Shown here piece after piece: positions 1 through 8,654 of a stretch of 64,000 nucleotides of DNA (the stretch's first letter is position 1; the number at the start of each line of letters is the position of its first letter). The notes under the pieces were generated by a model. That model was not told the origin of the DNA. It was given only the letters and a program-made list of their open reading frames with translations, and ran no database searches. The stretch lies in the NCBI GenBank assembly GCA_047602425.1, contig JASGHG010000001.1:384001-448000 (forward strand). The letters are read 5' to 3'. The stretch is from Nibricoccus sp. GTDB taxonomy: Bacteria; Verrucomicrobiota; Verrucomicrobiia; Opitutales; Opitutaceae. The translations under genes were made by a program, and so were the position numbers.

Positions 1-750
1 GCCAAGGACGTCGATGCCTTGCTCATTTGCACGTGCACCGGTTATCTCTGCCCAGGGGTGACAAGCTACGTGGCCCAGCAACTCGGCCTGCGCAGCGATA
101 CGTTTCTCCAGGATCTGGCGGGGCTGGGTTGCGGCGCGGCAATCCCGAGCCTGCGGGCTGCGCATGCGCTTCTTGCCGCCCAACCCGACGCTGTAGTGGC
201 CCTCGTGGCGGTAGAGATATGTTCGTCAGCCTTCTATATCGACGACGACCAAGGTGTGCTGGTCAGCGCCTGCTTGTTTGGCGACGGCGCCGCCGCCACA
301 ATTCTGCGTTCAACGCCGGGCAGCCGAGGTCTGAGATGCGGCTATTTTTCCACGATGCATCAGCCGGAAAATCGTGATCGCATCAGATTCGAGATGAGGG
401 AGGGAAAACTGCGTAATTTACTCCATTCCTCGGTGCCCGAATTGGCCGCAGCAGCGGTAAAACAGCTGCTCACGGCCGAACGTTCCCGTCCGGGAGCTCG
501 CTCGATCTCGCGCATCGTCGCCCACACCGGTGGTCGCGATGTGCTGGACGCGATCGAACAAAACTGCGCCGAATGCGATCTCTCCGCGAGCCGCGAGGTG
601 CTGCGCGCGTGCGGCAACATGAGCAGCCCGTCAGTGCTTTTCGTTTTGGAGAAAATGCTGCGCGATGATGCGCCGAATGAAAAAAACGACTGGTGGATGA
701 CGAGTTTTGGCGCGGGCTTCGGCGCCCATGGTTGTCGGATCGGGCTTTGA
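1..750 (+). CDS. Type III polyketide synthase (chalcone/stilbene synthase family), 5'-truncated by window edge
   Basis: Open frame from base 1; GLGC (catalytic Cys), LFGDGAAA, HTGG and GNMSSPSV motifs, SFGAGF C-terminus. Confidence 0.9.
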   Translation, partial: AKDVDALLICTCTGYLCPGVTSYVAQQLGLRSDTFLQDLAGLGCGAAIPSLRAAHALLAAQPDAVVALVAVEICSSAFYIDDDQGVLVSACLFGDGAAATILRSTPGSRGLRCGYFSTMHQPENRDRIRFEMREGKLRNLLHSSVPELAAAAVKQLLTAERSRPGARSISRIVAHTGGRDVLDAIEQNCAECDLSASREVLRACGNMSSPSVLFVLEKMLRDDAPNEKNDWWMTSFGAGFGAHGCRIGL

Positions 751-896
751 AAAACAACCTCAGAACACTTTCGGCGATGGCTCGGACGTCCGGCCGCATT
801 TCCAATGGAAACCTCATACGCCTCTGAAAAGCACCGATCCTTGCCGTAGCACTAATCCCGATGGTTGGAACTTGGGTTTTGCGCTAAAATTTCCGC

Positions 897-1310
897 GTGA
901 AAACGCACAAATTTCGCATTTCAACGATTGCCGGGAGCGCGGCGCTCTTTTCCATTCTCACTGGAAACGCCCACGCAACTTCGTTTCCAACCCGAGATAT
1001 GTTGATCTCCGCCAGTCACTGGACCGCTCGATACGATAGTCCCAGCGTCGCTGAAAGGACGGTTGTGATCTATATCGACGATCAGCCCAGGCTGTGTGTT
1101 TGTCCGGCCGAGATTTATCCCGTAGGCACAGCTCAAGGCTACGATCTAGCGAAGATCGACGGCGTGGCACCGGCCAGCAACCTCCCGACGTCGACGGCAA
1201 CCGAAATATCCAATACCGTCACCCCTGTACCGGACCATGGATTTACCGCCGCGTTCGTGGGCTTCGCTCTGATGGGTTTGGCTTTCGTGCGCAAGCGGCT
1301 CGCCGTTTGA
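897..1310 (+). CDS. Secreted protein with VPDSG-CTERM-type (PEP-CTERM variant) sorting signal
   Basis: Signal peptide ending NAHA; C-terminal VPDHG + hydrophobic helix + RKR. Confidence 0.75.
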   Translation: MKTHKFRISTIAGSAALFSILTGNAHATSFPTRDMLISASHWTARYDSPSVAERTVVIYIDDQPRLCVCPAEIYPVGTAQGYDLAKIDGVAPASNLPTSTATEISNTVTPVPDHGFTAAFVGFALMGLAFVRKRLAV

Positions 1311-1380
1311 GAGGTCTCCGTCGGACGAACTATTCACCATCGCTACGATTGAAATCGAATGCCTGAGCACCATCTAAATC

Positions 1381-2442
1381 TTAGTAGGCACAGGAAAGCG
1401 TAACGGACCCGAACGAATCGTATTTGTCTCGCTGGGATTTGAATTCTCGCGTCCGCCATACCTGCGTATAGGTAACCTGCCAGCGTCCGGGAACCAGTCC
1501 AACGCCAGCGCTAAGATCGGCCACGAAGCGTTTTTTCTCCACTGAACGACTGTCGCGAAAAGTATTTCCATCGAGAAAAATATCGCGGGCAACCGCGCGA
1601 CCGTCGGCAGCGCCGAAAATGAACAGACTGAAATTGCGGCGCACCGATACTCGAGGATCCAGATCATCGGTGGGAGTTTCGCCCACACTGCCCGGACGGG
1701 CAAGCTGCACGCCGAAGTCGCTGGGTAGATTAAATCCGAGCCGTATCGTACCGCCGGCGTTGGCATAAGTCTGGACGTTACCGAGACTCGCGCCGGCGTG
1801 AGGAACGAGGTCGACGCCGAGAATGCGCGACAGGGCGCGTCCATAAAGGCGCCAACGCCGTTCGAAAATGACATTGAGACCGAATTCGTCGCGGAGTTGA
1901 TAGTCCCAACCACGTGGTTCGGCACTGGCGGTCCAACGGTGCACAATCCGCTGCGAATCCTCAGCCATGCTGTGCGGCCCGACCACACCCGCTTGTATCG
2001 AAAGGATATCGGCAATCGACGGCGTCTTGCTCACAAACGCCATTTCCAGATAAGTCCAGCCGGCAAACGGCCTGTCGGTCGGATCCGGATTCCTCGCCTC
2101 GACATCGCGTGGGGCATAAATGTTCTGTCCCAGAGCGAGCCCGAAATTCTTCTGACCCTCGGGTCGATTCACGAAAGGAAGCATCCCGACCAGCGTTTTC
2201 CGCCAGCCTTCCTGTCCCCACCCGGCAAGATCCGCTGAAAGCCACGAAAATTTCAGGCCATTGGTGTAGTGCTGATCGGTTCCGGTGAAAAGATCGTTCT
2301 CAAAATACACGGTGAGAACCGGCGCCGAACGAGCTCGATCCGTCGCAGGAACAGCTTCCTCACTCGATCGCGCTGGGCAACCACAACCTATCGCCAGCGC
2401 GAGACCGACGATTTTTAAAATTGATAATTTCGAATGATTCAT
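1381..2442 (-). CDS. Lipid A deacylase LpxR family (DUF2219) outer-membrane protein
   Basis: FENDLF..TDQHYTNG, DRPFAGW, RDIFLDGNTF motifs; signal peptide; aromatic C-terminus. Confidence 0.8.
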   Translation of the reverse strand: MNHSKLSILKIVGLALAIGCGCPARSSEEAVPATDRARSAPVLTVYFENDLFTGTDQHYTNGLKFSWLSADLAGWGQEGWRKTLVGMLPFVNRPEGQKNFGLALGQNIYAPRDVEARNPDPTDRPFAGWTYLEMAFVSKTPSIADILSIQAGVVGPHSMAEDSQRIVHRWTASAEPRGWDYQLRDEFGLNVIFERRWRLYGRALSRILGVDLVPHAGASLGNVQTYANAGGTIRLGFNLPSDFGVQLARPGSVGETPTDDLDPRVSVRRNFSLFIFGAADGRAVARDIFLDGNTFRDSRSVEKKRFVADLSAGVGLVPGRWQVTYTQVWRTREFKSQRDKYDSFGSVTLSCAY

Positions 2443-2648
2443 TGTCCGGGAAAAATACTAGCGGAAGGTGTGAGTTGCTGTGACTCCGCTCTTGGCGAAG
2501 AGCACAAATTGAATGCGTAACTATGCCTCCTAACCTGTCGCCATGCCATGGGGCGGTTCACCATGCGCACGCTCTGCTGTTTGTTGCGAAGCCGATTCGC
2601 TGACGGACGACTCCTGTTGTCCGGCGAAAAACCGATCATTCAAACGCG

Positions 2649-2960
2649 TCACCGTGAGTGGCGCTTGAAATACAGCCGTGTGCCTTGTAGGGCGGTAAAA
2701 GCAAGCGGTCCCCAGCGCCAGGCCAGACGTAGAATTCTCAATGGCCGCAAAGCTCGCTTGAGCATAAAACCCAAAGGCAAGGCGGCGACGATGGCGAGTG
2801 GCGTGAGCCTCAACCGGAGCGCAAGTGCCCTGTCGATCCATCGGAGAGGTTGAGTCACGCGGCGCGCGGTGGCTGCGCAGAGCGCGCGTTCGTGAGCGAT
2901 GTCACGCAACAGGTCGGTTTTGTATGCCGACAGCCGATTCAACTCTCGCTGCGGATACAT
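2649..2960 (-). CDS. YqjK-like small protein (103 aa)
   Basis: ATG at 2960 overlapping the end of the YqjE-like gene; position in a yqjD-E-K-like order. Confidence 0.55.
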   Translation of the reverse strand: MYPQRELNRLSAYKTDLLRDIAHERALCAATARRVTQPLRWIDRALALRLRLTPLAIVAALPLGFMLKRALRPLRILRLAWRWGPLAFTALQGTRLYFKRHSR

Positions 2961-3328
2961 GTACGGTCCTTCTCCAGTTCCCCACGCGTACCGGAAAACG
3001 GCCGGGGCTGCCGCGCGAGGAAGCGACGTAACGCAACGATAATCGCGATCAGCAGGCCGGCATAGAACAATGTGAGTCCCGCCAGCACCGCCACCCGCGC
3101 GCTTTCCCAAAAAAGATAGACGAGGGTTAGACTGGCGAAGGACACGGCCATCATGCCCATAAAAACGGCGGCGGTGATCCAAATAAACGTAAGAATCAGC
3201 CGGTATTTTTCCTCCTGCAACTCGACCGAAAGGAGTTCGAGCCGGTCATGAGCCATGGCCAACAAGCCATCACCAAGCGACCGGAGTGCGCTCAAAAGGC
3301 CCGCCGGGCTGGATCTGGCTGTTTCCAT
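2939..3328 (-). CDS. YqjE / phage-holin-like membrane protein
   Basis: RLELLSVELQEEK motif, two TM helices, T..EL.KD end. Confidence 0.8.
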   Translation of the reverse strand: METARSSPAGLLSALRSLGDGLLAMAHDRLELLSVELQEEKYRLILTFIWITAAVFMGMMAVSFASLTLVYLFWESARVAVLAGLTLFYAGLLIAIIVALRRFLARQPRPFSGTRGELEKDRTCIRSES

Positions 3329-3339
3329 GGTATGGTTCG

Positions 3340-3657
3340 TTACGTGCCCCTGCGACACAGGAGCACACCGGCAAGTAAACCGGCGCCCGCGGCGATGGCT
3401 AACGCTTGATAAGGTTTTTCGCGGATGGCGGCGTCGGCGCATTCCGCACCGGCGACGACCTTGCGACGCAGACCACCGTATAGTTCCGCCAGGCGATCGT
3501 AAGTTTTCTCGAACCGCGCGCGAAGTGCACCGACCGCCTCGGCCGTGTATTCGGACACGGAATCGGCTGCCATCTGTTCGGCTTCCGCGACGAGCGCGCG
3601 GAGTTCGTCAAGAAGTTCCCCGGGAGTCTGGGCCGTTTGAGCATTTGTGTGTTTCAT
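3340..3657 (-). CDS. DUF883 / ElaB-YqjD tail-anchored protein
   Basis: C-terminal IREKPYQALAIAAGAGLLAGVLLCRR signature. Confidence 0.85.
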   Translation of the reverse strand: MKHTNAQTAQTPGELLDELRALVAEAEQMAADSVSEYTAEAVGALRARFEKTYDRLAELYGGLRRKVVAGAECADAAIREKPYQALAIAAGAGLLAGVLLCRRGT

Positions 3658-3694
3658 AGTTATGGAGATAGTTTTTGGTTTAGAAATAATTCGG

Positions 3695-3802
3695 CTAAGT
3701 CAATGACCTGAAGATCAACACGGCAGTACTGGCGATGACGCCAAATCCCAAAATACCCGCCATTAAAATGACGAGCAGAAGAATAATGGCGTACGCCAGC
3801 AT
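3695..3802 (-). CDS. DUF1328-like small membrane protein (35 aa, possibly C-terminally truncated); not in ORF track
   Basis: Manual translation MLAYAIILLLVILMAGILGFGVIASTAVLIFRSLT; LGFG motif. Confidence 0.55.
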   Translation of the reverse strand: MLAYAIILLLVILMAGILGFGVIASTAVLIFRSLT

Positions 3803-3816
3803 AGGTGTATCGCACC

Positions 3817-4023
3817 TCAGGGAATCTTTGACCCCCGCATCAGACCGGCCAATCCGATCAGCGTGGCCACCGCGCCGCCAATGAGCAGCCAGATGGTTTT
3901 GTCGGTCGGAGATCCGGTGAAAAACCGGGAGAAGCCCGAAGCCACGGAGTCGGACGCCATGGCGCCGTAAACGAGGAGCGTGATACCGCAGACGAGCAGT
4001 ACGACTGAGATCATTTTATTCAT
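3817..4023 (-). CDS. DUF3185 family small membrane protein
   Basis: SRFFTGSPTDKTIWLLIGG motif between two TM helices. Confidence 0.8.
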   Translation of the reverse strand: MNKMISVVLLVCGITLLVYGAMASDSVASGFSRFFTGSPTDKTIWLLIGGAVATLIGLAGLMRGSKIP

Positions 4024-4051
4024 AGTATTGTGTATTATTGATTGGTTTGGC

Positions 4052-4627
4052 TTAAGCGGAAGCCTCGTCGCTGTTTTCCAGCTGTGCGCGCAGCATCCAT
4101 GCGATTTTTTCGTGTTTTTCCATGAGCGCGGTGAGGAAGTCCGCAGTGCCGGCATCGTTGAATTTTTTTGCGCAGGCACTGCTGTCGGTGCGGAGTTGCA
4201 CGATCAATTCCTCGTGCAGAGCCAGCAGCTCCGAAAGCATATGCTCGGCCGGAGTATCGTTAGTGGGATCAGGCGTGCAGCGTGCGGCGCTCGCCAGATC
4301 ATACCAATTTCCCCGGGCCCGTACACCGATGGCCCGCGTTCGTTCGGCGACTTGGTCGATCCATTCCGCAATCTGCTCATACTGTGCTTCGAATTGCTTG
4401 TGCAGGGCATAGAAGGCAGGTCCAGTCACATTCCAGTGATAGTTTCGCGTGGTCACGTAGATCACATATTCGTCCGCGAGGAGCAAATTGAGCATCTGGC
4501 CCACTTCCAGCCGCGCTTCCTCACGAAGACCGATATTTGTTAGCATGGTGGAGTCAGTTGAAGACGAACCGGTTGGTTTGGACCAAAGATTTTTCTCGGG
4601 GTCATGGCCGATGTTGATGGGGTACAT
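4052..4627 (-). CDS. dps: Dps family DNA protection during starvation protein
   Basis: NYHWNVTGPAFYALHKQFE, DQVAER, HEKIAWML motifs. Confidence 0.92.
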   Translation of the reverse strand: MYPINIGHDPEKNLWSKPTGSSSTDSTMLTNIGLREEARLEVGQMLNLLLADEYVIYVTTRNYHWNVTGPAFYALHKQFEAQYEQIAEWIDQVAERTRAIGVRARGNWYDLASAARCTPDPTNDTPAEHMLSELLALHEELIVQLRTDSSACAKKFNDAGTADFLTALMEKHEKIAWMLRAQLENSDEASA

Positions 4628-4716
4628 ATTGGCTTCCTGGATCGTCTGATTTTTTTATTTCGGGCAAAAGGGGCGCGCGACCAACCCGATTTGGCCGCGC
4701 GGTTACGCTAACAAAT

Positions 4717-5473
4717 TCACATGCTCGCCATTTCCCTCACGGTCATGTTGTTTTTCACCGATGTGACGCCGCGGACGCTCTCCGCGAGTTTGGAGACGAG
4801 CGATTTCTCAGCGTCGTTGGAGGCTTCGCCGGTGATCATCACGACACCGTTTTCGGTCGAAACCCTCGTCTTGAGAGCACTGGTTGCCTTGTTGTTGAGC
4901 AACGCGAATTTCACCTGGCTGGTGATGGAAGCGTCGTCAATTTTTTCGCCGACGGTTTGCGCGGTCGCGGGCCGCTCCCTGACGACGATGTCGTTCTTGA
5001 CCGATTTTACCTGATCAATCTCCTTGGCATAAATTTCGGTGAGTTCCTTTTGCGCGAGATTTTCGGCCGTACCGCTTAGAGTAACGTTGCCATCGTTGAC
5101 GGCGACTTTCGTGTGCGCCGCGCTCACATTCGCTTTTACCAGAAGACGCGTGCGGATTTTGAGCGCAATCCAGGCGTCGGAACGCTCCGCGTAGGGCGAT
5201 TCGACTTTGATTTCGTTTTTCACGCTCACGACGCCGGGGAGGTTTTCCACCGTGTCGGACCGCGAGATCTTTCAGGTCCTTGTCCGCCACGGTGCCGGTC
5301 AGGGTGACGACGCCGTCTTCGGCTTTCACCTTCACGTGATTTTCAAGAACCGTTTGATAATTGTACGACGCCTTGGCCGCATCTTCGATTTTCCGGTCGG
5401 TGGAAGGCGAAGCGAACAGCGCGATCGGGCCTGCGAGAAACGCGACGAAGAGGGATAGATTTTTTATTTTCAT
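4717..5473 (-). pseudogene. Triple-BON (OsmY-like) secreted protein with a +1 frameshift near 5260
   Basis: N-part MKIKNLSLF..DKDLKDLAV joins DTVENLPGVVSVKN.. if one C in gtcc-gac is removed; DASITSQVK BON motif; likely sequencing indel. Confidence 0.8.
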
Positions 5474-5607
5474 AAGACGGTGATGTGGGGGAAACATATC
5501 CCATCTCCACAGTCGCCGATATCGGGGGTTGCCCCACCCGATCAACCCGTTCCTCCCTATGGATGCGGCCGAAAAAAACCGACTGTGGCGCACGCGTTAA
5601 AAGCCGC

Positions 5608-5763
5608 TCAGATCCGATCGGTGATCATCAACACAAGCACGACAATGAACAGCACGCCGAAACTCCGGCTCGGGAAATAACTCCATTCACGGCTATGCGG
5701 CCAGGCTGGAAGCGAGCCGAGCGCGAGTAAAAACATGAGAATTAAGAGAAATACCCCAAGCAT
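5608..5763 (-). CDS. DUF3309 family small membrane protein (51 aa); not in ORF track
   Basis: Manual translation MLGVFLLILMFLLALGSLPAWPHSREWSYFPSRSFGVLFIVVLVLMITDRI; LP.WPHSR.W.Y.PS signature. Confidence 0.8.
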   Translation of the reverse strand: MLGVFLLILMFLLALGSLPAWPHSREWSYFPSRSFGVLFIVVLVLMITDRI

Positions 5764-6223
5764 GTAAAACCTTTCAATATAGATAAAACAGACCTATGAG
5801 CAGGCCGCGATTGGCCCGCCGCGTCTTGCGCTTCCGGGCTGGAAGTCGTGGCGGCCTTCTACTTGCCCAGCGAAGAATACTACTGGAAGCCCACATTGCC
5901 GCTATGGGGTGTAACCCGACCACGGCAATGCGTGAGCTAATCGTGGAATGACGAGGCCGCAGACGCGCTTCGATACGCAAGGAAGCGACGGCAAAATCGG
6001 ACCGTGAATATAGAGGTTATATAACAATATTACTCGAGTCCGTGCCTGCCTCGGAAAACGCCACCATATCATACAACTAATGTTCTCCCATAGATTTGAA
6101 CCACCCGCTGCTATATCCTACGGAATCGCCACTCTCCACCGCTCTAGCGACGACATTTGACTGGCACATGCCGTCTGCGTCGCACCGCTGAGCTTCACAA
6201 AAAATCCGCCAAATCTCGACGCC

Positions 6224-7522
6224 ATGTCTTTCTCTCCTCTCACCGGTTCCTGCGCTCCAGTCCGCAATCTCGTCTCACGCACTTCAGCCCGTTCGGTCCG
6301 AACGGCATTGCGCCGGAGCGAGCCCTCCCTTGCTCAATCGGCCGCTCCGCTGGTGGCCTTTTGTCATCTCGGGTGGAACGGTGTCTGGCAGAGGCCGCAG
6401 CAATTTCTTTCGCGGTTCTCCCTCACGAGACCCGTGCTGTTCGTCGAAACTTACTGCAGCGACGTAGCCTCCAGTCGTCTGAAGATTCGAAATCCCGCGG
6501 CGTACGCGAACGTCACTGTTTTGGAAATGCACCTGCCGTCCTGTCGCTGGGCGGACGGTACTTTCATCGATCTCGAACGCCGTCGGATGTTGCGCAAATT
6601 TCGAGCGGCGGACGAAGGCCGTTTCGACCATCCCGTGCTTTGGTTTAACGATCCGATGGCCGTGACGGCTTTCGCCGGCCACTGCGACGAAATCGCCATC
6701 GTCTACGACTGCATGGATGAACTTTCTCAATTCAAGGACGCGCCCCCTCAACTCATCGAGCGCGAACGCGAGCTCATCCGGGTTGCAGACGTGGTCTTCT
6801 GCGGCGGTCGAAAAATGCGGGACAAGCGCCTTCCTTTAAACGCCAATACCCACTTCTACGGCACGGGAGTCGATTGCGCGCACTTCGGCGGTACCCGGTC
6901 GCCGACGCTAGCCGTCCATCCAGACATCGCCAAACTTCCCGGGAAAGTGCTCGGCTATTTCGGCGTGATCGACGAGCGCATTGACTACGAATTGCTGGCA
7001 AAACTCGCCGATGCGAATCCTCGTTGGAGCATTGCGATGGTTGGTCCCGCCGCAAAGGTCGATCCGGCCGATTTCCCCCGGCGGAAAAATCTCCACTGGC
7101 TCGGCGGCCGTTCTTATCAGGAACTTCCAGCCATCACCAAAGGTTTTGCCGTTTGCCTGATGCCTTTCGCGATCAATGCCGCGACGGAGTACATCAACCC
7201 CACAAAAGCGTTGGAGTATATGGCGGCGGGACGCCCGATCGTGTCGACCGCACTCGATGAAGTTAAATCGAACTTCAGCTCAGTCGCGCGCGTCGCGAAC
7301 TCGCACACTGAGTTCATCAAGCAATGCGTGGAAGAAAGCGCCAAACCGGATGTATCCCGCATAGTCCGCGGCATCGATCTCGCTTCGCAGAACACTTGGG
7401 AGGCGATCGTGGAAAAAATGGATGCGCACATGCGCAAGGCGATTGCCACGCGGTTGGTGCAAAGAAACGCCGCTCCTCGTTCCCATCGGCTCATCCTCAA
7501 CGGACAATATAATCATGTTTGA
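6224..7522 (+). CDS. GT-B glycosyltransferase (glf-associated type)
   Basis: HLGWNGVWQRPQQ, VYDCMDELS, GYFGVIDER, INPTKALEYMAAGRPIVST motifs. Confidence 0.88.
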   Translation: MSFSPLTGSCAPVRNLVSRTSARSVRTALRRSEPSLAQSAAPLVAFCHLGWNGVWQRPQQFLSRFSLTRPVLFVETYCSDVASSRLKIRNPAAYANVTVLEMHLPSCRWADGTFIDLERRRMLRKFRAADEGRFDHPVLWFNDPMAVTAFAGHCDEIAIVYDCMDELSQFKDAPPQLIERERELIRVADVVFCGGRKMRDKRLPLNANTHFYGTGVDCAHFGGTRSPTLAVHPDIAKLPGKVLGYFGVIDERIDYELLAKLADANPRWSIAMVGPAAKVDPADFPRRKNLHWLGGRSYQELPAITKGFAVCLMPFAINAATEYINPTKALEYMAAGRPIVSTALDEVKSNFSSVARVANSHTEFIKQCVEESAKPDVSRIVRGIDLASQNTWEAIVEKMDAHMRKAIATRLVQRNAAPRSHRLILNGQYNHV

Positions 7523-8636
7523 CTATCTTATCGTCGGCGCCGGCTTCGCCGGCAGCGTGCTGGCCGAAAGGCTGGCGCGAGGTCTCAACAAAAAAGTTCT
7601 TATCGTCGATCGCCGCCCCCACATCGGAGGCAATGCTTATGACTGTTACGACCAGCATGGCATTTTGATCCACAAGTACGGGCCTCACATTTTCCACACC
7701 AATTCGGAAGAAATTTTTGCCTACCTCAGTCGGTTCACGGAATGGCGGCAATATCAGCATCGCGTGCGCGCGTCGGTGGACGGACGCCTTCTGCCGATTC
7801 CAATCAATCTCGATACCATCAACGAAATGTATGGCCTGCATTTGGAGGGCGCGCAGGAAATGAAGGCCTATCTGGCTGCAGTCGCCGAGAGGCGCCAGGA
7901 CATTTTGACCTCAGAAGATGTCGTTGTGAACAGCGTCGGCCGCGAACTCTATGAGAAATTTTTTCGAGGCTATACGCGCAAGCAATGGGGTTTGGATCCC
8001 TGCGAGCTCGACGCTCAAGTCACCGCACGGGTCCCTGTACGCCTCAATCGCGACGATCGCTATTTCCTCGATAAGTTTCAGGCGATGCCGGCGCGCGGTT
8101 TTACGCACATGTTTGGAAACATGCTCGATCATCCGAACATCAAAATCATGCTCAACTGCGACTATTCCGAGGTCGAAAAAGAAGTCGCCTATGAGTCGCT
8201 GATTTTTACCGGGCAGATCGACCAGTATTTTGACTATCGCTTCGGTGAACTCCCTTACCGTTGTCTGGAGTTTAAACACGAGACACACCACAAGCCCGTT
8301 TTCCAATCGGCGCCGGTCGTGAACTATCCCAACGAATATGCGTACACCCGCATCACGGAATTCAAATACCTGACGGGACAGGAACACCCGCTGACCAGTA
8401 TCGTCTATGAATTCCCGAAAGCAGAAGGAGACCCATACTACCCAATCCCGCGTGCTGATAACACGGCGCTGTATAAAAAATATCAGGAGCTCGCCGCCGA
8501 AACGCCCAATGTGTACTTCGTCGGCCGGCTTGCCACCTATAAATATTATAATATGGACCAGGTCGTCGGGCAGGCTCTCGCCACATTCTCGCGGTTGAGC
8601 GGCGTCAGACGCGCCCCGGCGGCGGCTCTGGTTTGA
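7515..8636 (+). CDS. glf: UDP-galactopyranose mutase
   Basis: IVGAGFAG FAD motif, HKYGPHIFHT, GRLATYKYYNMDQ; ATG at 7515 overlaps GT end. Confidence 0.96.
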   Translation: MFDYLIVGAGFAGSVLAERLARGLNKKVLIVDRRPHIGGNAYDCYDQHGILIHKYGPHIFHTNSEEIFAYLSRFTEWRQYQHRVRASVDGRLLPIPINLDTINEMYGLHLEGAQEMKAYLAAVAERRQDILTSEDVVVNSVGRELYEKFFRGYTRKQWGLDPCELDAQVTARVPVRLNRDDRYFLDKFQAMPARGFTHMFGNMLDHPNIKIMLNCDYSEVEKEVAYESLIFTGQIDQYFDYRFGELPYRCLEFKHETHHKPVFQSAPVVNYPNEYAYTRITEFKYLTGQEHPLTSIVYEFPKAEGDPYYPIPRADNTALYKKYQELAAETPNVYFVGRLATYKYYNMDQVVGQALATFSRLSGVRRAPAAALV

Positions 8637-8654
8637 GGTTTTGTTTCATTCACA

